A DNA stretch of 64,000 bases, from positions 1,463 through 65,462 of the forward strand of contig JAGPKZ010000004.1 in NCBI GenBank assembly GCA_018053665.1, given 5' to 3'. This DNA is from Prevotella sp. (GTDB lineage: Bacteria > Bacteroidota > Bacteroidia > Bacteroidales > Bacteroidaceae). Shown piece by piece: positions 50,093 through 58,724 of the stretch. Position 1 is the stretch's first letter; the number at the start of each line of letters is the position of its first letter. The position numbers were made by a program, and so were the translations under genes. The notes under the pieces were generated by a model. That model was not told the origin of the DNA. It searched no databases and worked only from the letters and a program-made list of their open reading frames with translations.

Positions 50093-51415
50093 ATGAAGGT
50101 AATGAAATTTGGAGGTACTTCTGTCGGATCACCTGAACGCATGAAAAGTGTAGCCTCTCTCGTAACGGAATCAGGTGAACCAACATTTATCGTTCTTTCA
50201 GCAATGAGCGGAACGACAAATTCATTGGTTGAGATTTCTGATTATCTGTATAAGAAAAATCCAGACGGTGCCAATGAAATTATAAATAAGCTCGAAACGA
50301 GATATTTGCAGCATGTAGAGGATGTATACTCTACAGATGAATATCAGCAAAAGACTAAAGATTTTCTCCATGGGGAGTTTGAATATCTTCGTTCTTTTAC
50401 AAAAGACCTTTTCACAAGTTTTGAAGAAAAAAGTATTGTTGCTCAAGGTGAAATCATGAGCACCAATATGGTTGTGAATTACCTTCAAGAAACAGGTGTA
50501 AAGGCAGTCCTTCTGAATGCTCTTGACTTCATGCGTACTGACAAGAATGCAGAGCCTGATCCACAATATATAAAGGATAAGTTGGCTGATGTCATGAAGG
50601 AAAATGAAGGCTACCAGATTTATATCACTCAAGGCTTTATCTGTCGCAACGCTTACGGTGAGGTAGACAATCTACAACGTGGAGGCAGCGACTATACAGC
50701 TTCTCTTATCGGTGCAGCCCTACCTGCTGATGAAATACAGATATGGACTGACATTGATGGTATGCACAACAACGATCCTAGAATCGTAGACAAGACAGAA
50801 GCGCTTCGCCAACTAAACTTTGAGGAAGCTGCCGAACTTGCTTATTTCGGTGCTAAGATACTTCATCCTACATGTGTCCAGCCTGCAAAATATTCAGGCA
50901 TCCCTGTAAGATTGAAAAATACAATGGACCCACAGGCTGAAGGCACTATCATTGATAATGTAATTGTCAAAGGCAAAATAAAGGCTGTTGCAGCTAAGGA
51001 CAATATCACAGCTGTAAAGATTAAGAGTAGTCGCATGCTTTTGGCTACAGGTTTTCTGCGTAAGGTATTCGAAATATTCGAAAGTTACCAGACTCCTATT
51101 GATATGATCGCTACCAGTGAGGTTGGTGTATCTATGAGTATCGACAACCACACACATCTAAACGAAATTGTTGATGAACTAAAAAAATACGGAACTGTCA
51201 CCGTTGACAGTGATATGTGTATCATCTGCGTTGTCGGAGACCTCGACTGGAGCAATCTTGGATTCGAGACTTTAGCCCTCGACGCAATGAAGAGCATTCC
51301 TGTGAGAATGATTTCTTACGGTGGAAGCAACTACAACATATCATTCCTCATTCGTGAGGCTGACAAGAAGCGTGCACTTCAAAATCTAAGCGACGTACTT
51401 TTCAACAACAAGTAG
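50093..51415 (+). CDS. lysC: Aspartate kinase (monofunctional)
   Basis: KFGGTSVG, RGGSDYTA, ELAYFGAKILHP, ACT domains; adjacent to lysA. Confidence 0.93.
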   Translation: MKVMKFGGTSVGSPERMKSVASLVTESGEPTFIVLSAMSGTTNSLVEISDYLYKKNPDGANEIINKLETRYLQHVEDVYSTDEYQQKTKDFLHGEFEYLRSFTKDLFTSFEEKSIVAQGEIMSTNMVVNYLQETGVKAVLLNALDFMRTDKNAEPDPQYIKDKLADVMKENEGYQIYITQGFICRNAYGEVDNLQRGGSDYTASLIGAALPADEIQIWTDIDGMHNNDPRIVDKTEALRQLNFEEAAELAYFGAKILHPTCVQPAKYSGIPVRLKNTMDPQAEGTIIDNVIVKGKIKAVAAKDNITAVKIKSSRMLLATGFLRKVFEIFESYQTPIDMIATSEVGVSMSIDNHTHLNEIVDELKKYGTVTVDSDMCIICVVGDLDWSNLGFETLALDAMKSIPVRMISYGGSNYNISFLIREADKKRALQNLSDVLFNNK

Positions 51416-51460
51416 TATAAAAAAGCATCACAACGCACACACACTGAAAATACGACAAAG

Positions 51461-52618
51461 ATGAAAGGTAAATTTAATATAGACAAATTTCAGGAAATAC
51501 AGACCCCCTTCTATTATTATGACACGAATCTGTTACGACAGACTCTTGCATCTATAAATATGGAAGCCGGCAAGCACGAGAACTTTATTGTGCATTATGC
51601 GATAAAAGCTAATGCCAATCCAAAGGTGCTTAATGTAATCTGTCAATCAGGTCTTGGTGCAGACTGCGTAAGCGGCGGAGAAATCAAGGCTTCTATTCAA
51701 GCTGGATTCCCGACAAACAAGATTGTCTATGCCGGTGTTGGAAAAAGCGACTGGGAAATCAATCTCGGACTTGACAAGGACATATTCTGCTTCAATGTAG
51801 AGAGTGTTCCTGAACTGGAAGTCATAAATGAACTTGCAGAAAATAAAGGTAAGATTGCGAGAGTAGCCTTTCGTATTAATCCAGATGTTGGAGCACATAC
51901 ACATGCCAATATAACAACCGGTCTGGCTGAAAATAAGTTTGGTATCGCCATGCGTGATATGGAAGACATCATTGAAGAGGCTTCTAAAATGAAGAACATA
52001 AAGTTCATCGGTCTGCATTTCCATATCGGAAGCCAAATTCTGAACATGAACGATTTCATTTCACTATGCAACAGGATAAATGAACTTCAAGATCAACTTG
52101 AGAGTCATCACATCAAAGTGGAGAATATCAATGTTGGTGGTGGACTTGGAGTTAGTTACGATTATCCAAACAGAGAACCTATTCCTGATTTCAAGTCTTA
52201 TTTTGACACATACGCACATCATCTCAAACTTCGTAATGGTCAAAAGCTCCATTTCGAACTTGGTCGTGCTGTAGTGGCACAGTGCGGAAGTCTTATCACC
52301 AAAACTCTATATATAAAGCAAGGAAGCGTAAAGCAGTTTGCTATTGTAGACGCTGGTATGACAGACCTCATACGTCCTGCCTTGTATCATGCTTATCACA
52401 AGATAGAAAATATCAGTAGTGATGAACCGAATGAGACCTACGATGTCGTTGGACCTATTTGCGAGTCAAGCGATGTTTTTGCAAAGGCAATAGACCTAAA
52501 TAAGACAAAACGTGGTGACCTTCTGGCTTTGAGAAGCGCAGGAGCTTACGGAGAGATTATGGCTAGTCAATACAACTGCCGTCAACTCCCTAAAGGATAT
52601 ATAACAGAGGAACTATAA
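51461..52618 (+). CDS. lysA: Diaminopimelate decarboxylase
   Basis: YAIKAN, HFHIGSQ, GPICESSD, GAYG. Confidence 0.96.
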   Translation: MKGKFNIDKFQEIQTPFYYYDTNLLRQTLASINMEAGKHENFIVHYAIKANANPKVLNVICQSGLGADCVSGGEIKASIQAGFPTNKIVYAGVGKSDWEINLGLDKDIFCFNVESVPELEVINELAENKGKIARVAFRINPDVGAHTHANITTGLAENKFGIAMRDMEDIIEEASKMKNIKFIGLHFHIGSQILNMNDFISLCNRINELQDQLESHHIKVENINVGGGLGVSYDYPNREPIPDFKSYFDTYAHHLKLRNGQKLHFELGRAVVAQCGSLITKTLYIKQGSVKQFAIVDAGMTDLIRPALYHAYHKIENISSDEPNETYDVVGPICESSDVFAKAIDLNKTKRGDLLALRSAGAYGEIMASQYNCRQLPKGYITEEL

Positions 52619-52651
52619 ACGTTCCCAGAATATTGTTACGGGAAAAATTTT

Positions 52652-53806
52652 ATGATAATAGATCAATTAACATTAATAGTAGGAATAATAGTGATCTTGT
52701 TGGCGATAGTAGCCTCGCTGGCAAGTCCTTTTTTGCGTAGAATAAAAATATACGAGTCTGACAACAACGAGAATGACAATAATGACAACGCAATTCCAGT
52801 TAGCATTATCATTCCTGTGCATGATGAGGCAACAGATTTAAAGCGTAATCTTCCGGCATTTCTTAATCAAGACTATAAAGGCGATTTCAAAATTATCGTG
52901 ATTGCAGACAAGAATGACAGGGAAACAGAGGACTTGATGAACAGGCTCATGCCTGAAAACAAAAATCTCTATGCCACATATCTCCCTGAGTCTTCACGCT
53001 ACATGAGCAGAAAGAAATTAGCTATCACTATCGGAGTGAAAGCAGCAAAGACTGATTGGATTATTGTTACAGATCCTTGTTGCAGACCATTTGATGAAAA
53101 GTGGCTATCTTCTTTCACCCAGAACATGCAACCTGGAACTGATTTCGTAATGGGATATACCTCTCTTGACAACAACACACGAAAATCTTGGAGGTTTGAA
53201 CATGCATTAATTGCTAACAACAGACTTAGCAGTGCACAAAATGGAAAGGCATGGGCTACAAATTGCCAGAACATCGCTTTCCATAAGGAACAGTTCATGA
53301 AGGATGAAGGATTCAGAGGTAACCTGCAATTGCTTAGAGGTGAATACGATTTCCTAGTAAACAAATATGCGAAGAATATGAATACAGCCGTTGATGTACG
53401 AAGAAGTTCATGGCTATATGAGGATGAACCTACAAGGAAGACATGGCACAATAGAAACATCTTTTTCAGGGCATCACGTAATCTGCTTAATGGATATAAA
53501 GCCAATCGCATATATACGTTTTTCTGCAACATAATGCTTCATTTGAGTTTTATTGTTTCTTTGGCAGCTATTGCTTACTCTGTAACGCAACAGAATTGGA
53601 TATTAGCAGGCGCAAGTGGCTTTTCTCTGTTATTGATGATAATAACAAGAACTATATTTGCCAACAGAGCTATAAAGCAACTTGACGAAGATATTCCAGC
53701 AGGTATAATGTTCTTCACAGAACTTAAACTGACTTGGAAAAACATTCTATATAAGATTAGTTATATACATGCTGACAAGAACAACTTCACAAGTCATAAA
53801 CTTTAA
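52652..53806 (+). CDS. Membrane-bound family 2 glycosyltransferase-like protein
   Basis: N-terminal TM, VSIIIPVHDE, KKLAITIGVKAA, GEYDFLVN, C-terminal TMs. Confidence 0.82.
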   Translation: MIIDQLTLIVGIIVILLAIVASLASPFLRRIKIYESDNNENDNNDNAIPVSIIIPVHDEATDLKRNLPAFLNQDYKGDFKIIVIADKNDRETEDLMNRLMPENKNLYATYLPESSRYMSRKKLAITIGVKAAKTDWIIVTDPCCRPFDEKWLSSFTQNMQPGTDFVMGYTSLDNNTRKSWRFEHALIANNRLSSAQNGKAWATNCQNIAFHKEQFMKDEGFRGNLQLLRGEYDFLVNKYAKNMNTAVDVRRSSWLYEDEPTRKTWHNRNIFFRASRNLLNGYKANRIYTFFCNIMLHLSFIVSLAAIAYSVTQQNWILAGASGFSLLLMIITRTIFANRAIKQLDEDIPAGIMFFTELKLTWKNILYKISYIHADKNNFTSHKL

Positions 53807-53820
53807 TTAGTGATTTTGAT

Positions 53821-54600
53821 ATGCGCATAAGGATAGAATATTCCAACATAAGTGGAAACACTGCACAAATGGCTTTCTTAAATTCTTTGAAGAAAGCCAT
53901 TGAAGACAACGGTATGGTTATTACAGATAATAATGACTATGACGTGCTTCATGCTGTAGGCACTCCAACACAGACTATTATATCCAAGATGCGCAATGCC
54001 AGAAGAAGGCTTATACCTGTTGTGTACTCTCCTCTTGCCACTATCTCACCATGGAACAGTTCATGTTATGAAAAGTTTATTTTAAAAAACGGATTCATAC
54101 ATGCTGTCGGAGAAAACGAACAAAAGTATCTTCAAGAAAAGTATAAAGGTACTAACGTTGTTCTGATAAAGAATCCTGGAGTTACACATGATATATCACA
54201 GGCATTATTCAGTGCGAATTTCAAACAACTGTATGACGAGGTTATTATCAAACATGAAGAAGCTATAAAGGATAATATCGCTAAAAGAATAGAAAAACTA
54301 AAAGATGACATACAAGACAACGTTCTGAAAGACGTGTTAAAGAGCTGCCTTTACATGAGATACAGATATCACAGGCGACAGATTGCACAACAAGAACTTG
54401 ACGACTTCTGCACCCTACTAATAAATTCAGATTATGATGAAGACAAGATGGCTGAGATATTAGATAGGCTTAAAATCTACGACTTTATGGAAAGTCTTGA
54501 AAAAGTCATGGAAGAAAAGACACAACTCTCAGAGGGCTTCATGCCTATTACAGCTATAGATAATAATTTAACCAAGAAAATTAAAAAAACAATATTATGA
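53821..54600 (+). CDS. Hypothetical protein with a partial GT-B/GT4-like N-terminal lobe
   Basis: DVLHAVG...IPVVYSPLATISPW; helical C-half; overlaps the fbp start. Confidence 0.65.
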   Translation: MRIRIEYSNISGNTAQMAFLNSLKKAIEDNGMVITDNNDYDVLHAVGTPTQTIISKMRNARRRLIPVVYSPLATISPWNSSCYEKFILKNGFIHAVGENEQKYLQEKYKGTNVVLIKNPGVTHDISQALFSANFKQLYDEVIIKHEEAIKDNIAKRIEKLKDDIQDNVLKDVLKSCLYMRYRYHRRQIAQQELDDFCTLLINSDYDEDKMAEILDRLKIYDFMESLEKVMEEKTQLSEGFMPITAIDNNLTKKIKKTIL

Positions 54601-56603
54601 AGAAATACGATATCAAGAAAGACATGAGGTATTTGCAATTGTTGTCAAACACGTTTCCGACAATTGCTGATGCCAGTACGGAGATTATAAATCTTCAGGC
54701 TATTCTTAATCTGCCTAAGGGCACAGAACATTTTCTTGCTGATATCCACGGCGAATATGAAGCATTTCAGCATGTATTGAAAAACGCTTCCGGAAACATA
54801 AAGCGAAAAGTTAACGAGCTTTTCGGTAATACGCTTCGTGAACAGGAAACACGTGAACTTTGTTCGCTTATTTATTATCCAGAACAGAAACTAGAACTCG
54901 TAAAGGAGGTAGAAAACGATATCAATGACTGGTATCACATCACTCTTCATCAGTTGGTTGCGGTATGTCGTGTCGTATCAAGTAAATACACTCGCTCTAA
55001 AGTAAGAAAGTCTCTTCCTGCAGAATTCTCGTATATCATTGAGGAATTACTTCATGAGCATACCGAAAATAATTCAAATAAGACCGCCTATATAAATGTA
55101 ATTGTAGATACCATTATATCTACAGGAAGAGCCGATGATTTTATAATCGCTATCAGCAATGTCATTCAGCGTCTGGCTATCGACGAGCTGCATATCCTTG
55201 GCGACATCTACGACCGTGGTCCTGGTGCCCATATCATTATGGACACTATGGAGCAATACCACAGTTGGGACATACAATGGGGCAACCATGATATATTATG
55301 GATGGGTGCATGTGCAGGAAATAACGCTTGTATGTGCAACGTGATTCGTCTTAGTCTCAGATACGCCAACCTCACAACGCTAGAAGATGGATACGGTATA
55401 AATCTTGTTCCGCTTGCAACTTTCGCCATGGATACCTATAACGATGATCCTTGTGAGGAATTCATGCCTAGACTAAGTGGAGGAGCAAAGAAAATGGACG
55501 ATAAGACCATGAGGCTTACCGCACAGATGCACAAGGCAATCACGATCATACAGTTAAAGGAAGAAGCACGAATTTTTGAAGCTCACCCTGAATGGAAAAT
55601 GCAGGATAGAGAACTTTATAAATTCATAGACTATGACAAAGGTACCATAATGCTTGACGGTAAGGAATACACACTTTCAAGTTGCTGTTTCCCAACTATT
55701 GACCCTAAGCATCCCTGCAAACTTAACGCTGAAGAAAAAGCATTGATTGAAAAACTTCATCATTCTTTCCAAGTAAGTGAAAAACTTCATAAGCACATAC
55801 GGCTCATGCTGCAACATGGTTGTATGTATGCAATACGAAATGACAATTTGCTTTTCCATGCCTCTATCCCACTTAATGAAGACGGCAGTTTAAAAGAGGT
55901 AGCCATTACTCCTAATATGGTTTGTAAAGGTCGTGAACTATTTCATCATACAGGAATGCTTATAAGGTCGGCTTTTCAAGATGACACGGCTACAGACGAA
56001 AAACAATACGCCATCGACTATTTCATTTATCTGTGGTGCGGTCCTGACAGTCCTTTGTTTGACAAAAGTAAAATGGCAACATTCGAACGTTACTTCATTG
56101 CCGACAAAGAAACTCACAAGGAGGAAAAAGGTAACTACTTCAAACTAAGGGACAATGCTGAGATTGTGGATAATATTCTTGACGCATTTGGCGTGAAAGG
56201 TCCAAACAGACATATCATCAATGGTCACGTTCCTGTACACGTGATGAATGGAGAAAATCCTATTAAGGCAGACGGAAAACTTATGGTCATTGACGGTGGG
56301 TTCTCTCAGGCTTATCACAAAGAAACAGGTATTGCTGGTTACACACTTGTTTATCACAGTCGTGGTTTCCAACTAGTTCAACATGAACCATTTACAAGCG
56401 CAGCAGATGCTATTCAAAAAGGAACAGACATCAAGTCAACTATTCAGATTGTTGAAATGAGCAGCCATCGTATGCTTGTTGCCGATACAGACAAAGGTTG
56501 CGAACTAAAGAAGCAAATCGAGGACCTAGAAGAATTACTTTATGCATATCGTCATGGCATGATAAGTGAACAGGACAAAAAAAAAGGATTTAATAACGAC
56601 TAA
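54597..56603 (+). CDS. fbp: Fructose-1,6-bisphosphatase class 3
   Basis: LPKGTEHFLADIHGEY, GDIYDRGP, QWGNHD, INGHVPV, IDGGFS. Confidence 0.95.
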   Translation: MKKYDIKKDMRYLQLLSNTFPTIADASTEIINLQAILNLPKGTEHFLADIHGEYEAFQHVLKNASGNIKRKVNELFGNTLREQETRELCSLIYYPEQKLELVKEVENDINDWYHITLHQLVAVCRVVSSKYTRSKVRKSLPAEFSYIIEELLHEHTENNSNKTAYINVIVDTIISTGRADDFIIAISNVIQRLAIDELHILGDIYDRGPGAHIIMDTMEQYHSWDIQWGNHDILWMGACAGNNACMCNVIRLSLRYANLTTLEDGYGINLVPLATFAMDTYNDDPCEEFMPRLSGGAKKMDDKTMRLTAQMHKAITIIQLKEEARIFEAHPEWKMQDRELYKFIDYDKGTIMLDGKEYTLSSCCFPTIDPKHPCKLNAEEKALIEKLHHSFQVSEKLHKHIRLMLQHGCMYAIRNDNLLFHASIPLNEDGSLKEVAITPNMVCKGRELFHHTGMLIRSAFQDDTATDEKQYAIDYFIYLWCGPDSPLFDKSKMATFERYFIADKETHKEEKGNYFKLRDNAEIVDNILDAFGVKGPNRHIINGHVPVHVMNGENPIKADGKLMVIDGGFSQAYHKETGIAGYTLVYHSRGFQLVQHEPFTSAADAIQKGTDIKSTIQIVEMSSHRMLVADTDKGCELKKQIEDLEELLYAYRHGMISEQDKKKGFNND

Positions 56604-56613
56604 CAATCTATAG

Positions 56614-56648
56614 TTAATGCAGTGTCAATTAAGTTGACACTGCATTAA
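56614..56648. terminator. Inverted repeat, probable terminator after fbp
   Basis: TTAATGCAGTGTCAA-TTAAG-TTGACACTGCATTAA. Confidence 0.65.
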
Positions 56649-56667
56649 TAAAAAATAAACGTATATC

Positions 56668-57438
56668 ATGATGAAGAAAACTATTTTAACTTTACTAATC
56701 ACCCTCTGCCCTATTCTAGCTTTTGCAAGTGATTACATATATTTGGGATCATCAGGTGTAAATACTATATATGTAAACAATGACATTACACCCAATGATG
56801 GAAAATACAGGGCTTGGGTAAAGTTCACCTATAAAAATACAAAAGCTGGTATTGCTGACAGAATCCATAACGCCAAAAGATTGAGATTGCCCAGTTTATC
56901 GTATTTTATTATTTTTAAAGAGTTTGATCTAGAAAAGAAACAATATAGAAATATTGCTACATATATTTACAGAAAAGATGGAGTCTTAATCGATAAAGAA
57001 ACCAATGAATATGGTGAATTTGAATATATTGTTCCAAATTCTGTTGAGGAAGATTTATTGAACTTTGTTAGCAATCAAATGGATAAAAAAACGGCTGTTA
57101 ATGAAGAAAAAGATAGCGATGAAAATATTTATGATGTTGTAGAACAGATGCCTGCTTTTCAAGGTGGACAAGGAGCTCTTCTATCTTTCCTAAGCACAAC
57201 GGTAAAGTATCCAGCTGAAGCTCAAGCCAACGGTATACAAGGTAGAGTAACAGTATCATTTGTGATTGAGGAGGATGGTAGTCTCACCGATGCAAGAGTA
57301 ACAAGATCAGTTGATCCGGCCTTAGATAAAGAGGCACTAAGAGTAATAAATAGCATGCCAAAATGGATTCCAGGTAAAGAGAATGGCCGTAATGTAAGAG
57401 TTAGATTTAATGCACCTGTCCAATTCAAATTGCAGTAA
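56668..57438 (+). CDS. TonB C-terminal domain protein with a secreted N-terminal domain
   Basis: Signal peptide; VEQMPAFQGG...YPAEAQANGIQGRVTVSFVI...WIPGKENG...PVQFKL. Confidence 0.85.
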   Translation: MMKKTILTLLITLCPILAFASDYIYLGSSGVNTIYVNNDITPNDGKYRAWVKFTYKNTKAGIADRIHNAKRLRLPSLSYFIIFKEFDLEKKQYRNIATYIYRKDGVLIDKETNEYGEFEYIVPNSVEEDLLNFVSNQMDKKTAVNEEKDSDENIYDVVEQMPAFQGGQGALLSFLSTTVKYPAEAQANGIQGRVTVSFVIEEDGSLTDARVTRSVDPALDKEALRVINSMPKWIPGKENGRNVRVRFNAPVQFKLQ

Positions 57439-57595
57439 ATATCTTATTATTCACATTCCCCTCTGCGTTATCTATGAGATAATATCCCCTGTTGACGTAC
57501 TCACCTTACCTGCGGAACAACATCTCCCCTACAGTCATCGGCAAGAGACCATACAGTTTTAGCTGATGAATTTTGGTATATTGATTTATTTTCCG

Positions 57596-57705
57596 TATCT
57601 TTGTTGCATGTTAAGTCATTACATGGATATTGTATTATAAATAATTTGTGTAGCTTTTACACAAATTATCCTTTCTTTTCTATCGGAAAATCCTTTTCGA
57701 TAGAA
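57596..57705 (+). promoter_or_regulatory. Promoter box, mini-ORF and two hairpins upstream of the methyltransferase
   Basis: TATCTTTG at 57596; MDIVL* at 57623-57640; 12-bp stem at 57641-57669; stem at 57678-57705. Confidence 0.45.
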
Positions 57706-57793
57706 TAGCTTATTGTAAAAATCATAACATAATCTGCATGCAAAAATAGTAAGTATTACTATACTTATATATGTATGCAAAATTTTTAATGAC

Positions 57794-58564
57794 ATGAGTA
57801 ATGACAAACTATCAATACATGATTTTGACATAAATATCATTTACGAATATTTTGCAAATACAGAACGACAAGGACCAGGAAACTCAGAGGAGACAATAAA
57901 GGCACTTAGTTTTATTGACGGTCTCACAGAAAACTCTAAAATCGCAGATATAGGATGCGGTACCGGTGGGCAAACGATGACATTAGGCACACATACACCT
58001 TGTGAAATTATCGGTGTTGACATCTGGGAGAATTTTATACAAAAATTCAATCAGAAAGCAAAGGATATGAATCTTCAACACAAAGTAAAGGGCATAGTTG
58101 GAGATATGGAACATCTTCCCTTTCATGAAGAGGAACTAGATCTTATCTGGTCAGAGGGTTCAATTTATAACATTGGATTCGAACGTGGATTAAAGGAATG
58201 GAGAAAGTTCTTAAAACCAGGCGGATATATCGCTATTACAGAAAACACATGGTTTCGTGAAGAACAACCTCTCGAAATAAAGGAATTCTGGCAGGAAGCT
58301 TATCCTCTGATAGATACCATTTCCAAGAAGGTTGCCCAAATGGAAAAGGCTGGTTATCTCCCTGTTGCCACCTATATGTTGCCAGAAACAATATGGACTG
58401 ATTACTATAGTATGCAAGCATTAAACGCAGAGTCCTTCCTTAAGAAATATAAAGGAAATAAGACTGCTGAAGAATTTATAGCGTCTCAGCGATATGAAGC
58501 TGAATTATACGATAAATACAAAGCATACTACGGTTATATGTTTTATATAGGGAAAAAGCTCTAA
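57794..58564 (+). CDS. Class I SAM-dependent methyltransferase
   Basis: [41 protein letters not shown]. Confidence 0.93.
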   Translation: MSNDKLSIHDFDINIIYEYFANTERQGPGNSEETIKALSFIDGLTENSKIADIGCGTGGQTMTLGTHTPCEIIGVDIWENFIQKFNQKAKDMNLQHKVKGIVGDMEHLPFHEEELDLIWSEGSIYNIGFERGLKEWRKFLKPGGYIAITENTWFREEQPLEIKEFWQEAYPLIDTISKKVAQMEKAGYLPVATYMLPETIWTDYYSMQALNAESFLKKYKGNKTAEEFIASQRYEAELYDKYKAYYGYMFYIGKKL

Positions 58565-58592
58565 AAGGCTTATATTTCACTATAAATTAAAT

Positions 58593-58625
58593 ACTAGGAT
58601 ATGCTAAAATAAGGCATATCCTAGT
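58593..58625 (+). terminator. Probable terminator
   Basis: ACTAGGATATGC...GCATATCCTAGT. Confidence 0.65.
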
Positions 58626-58724
58626 TATAAATGAAAAAAAGTATAAACTAATACCAACATGTAGACTAATTCATTAACGATATAAACAAGACATTCAATA
58701 ATATAAATTAATATTTAAACAGAA

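Noticed and set aside
57619-57840. 73-aa minus-strand ORF
   Set aside because: Antisense to the methyltransferase start and leader, with no motif.
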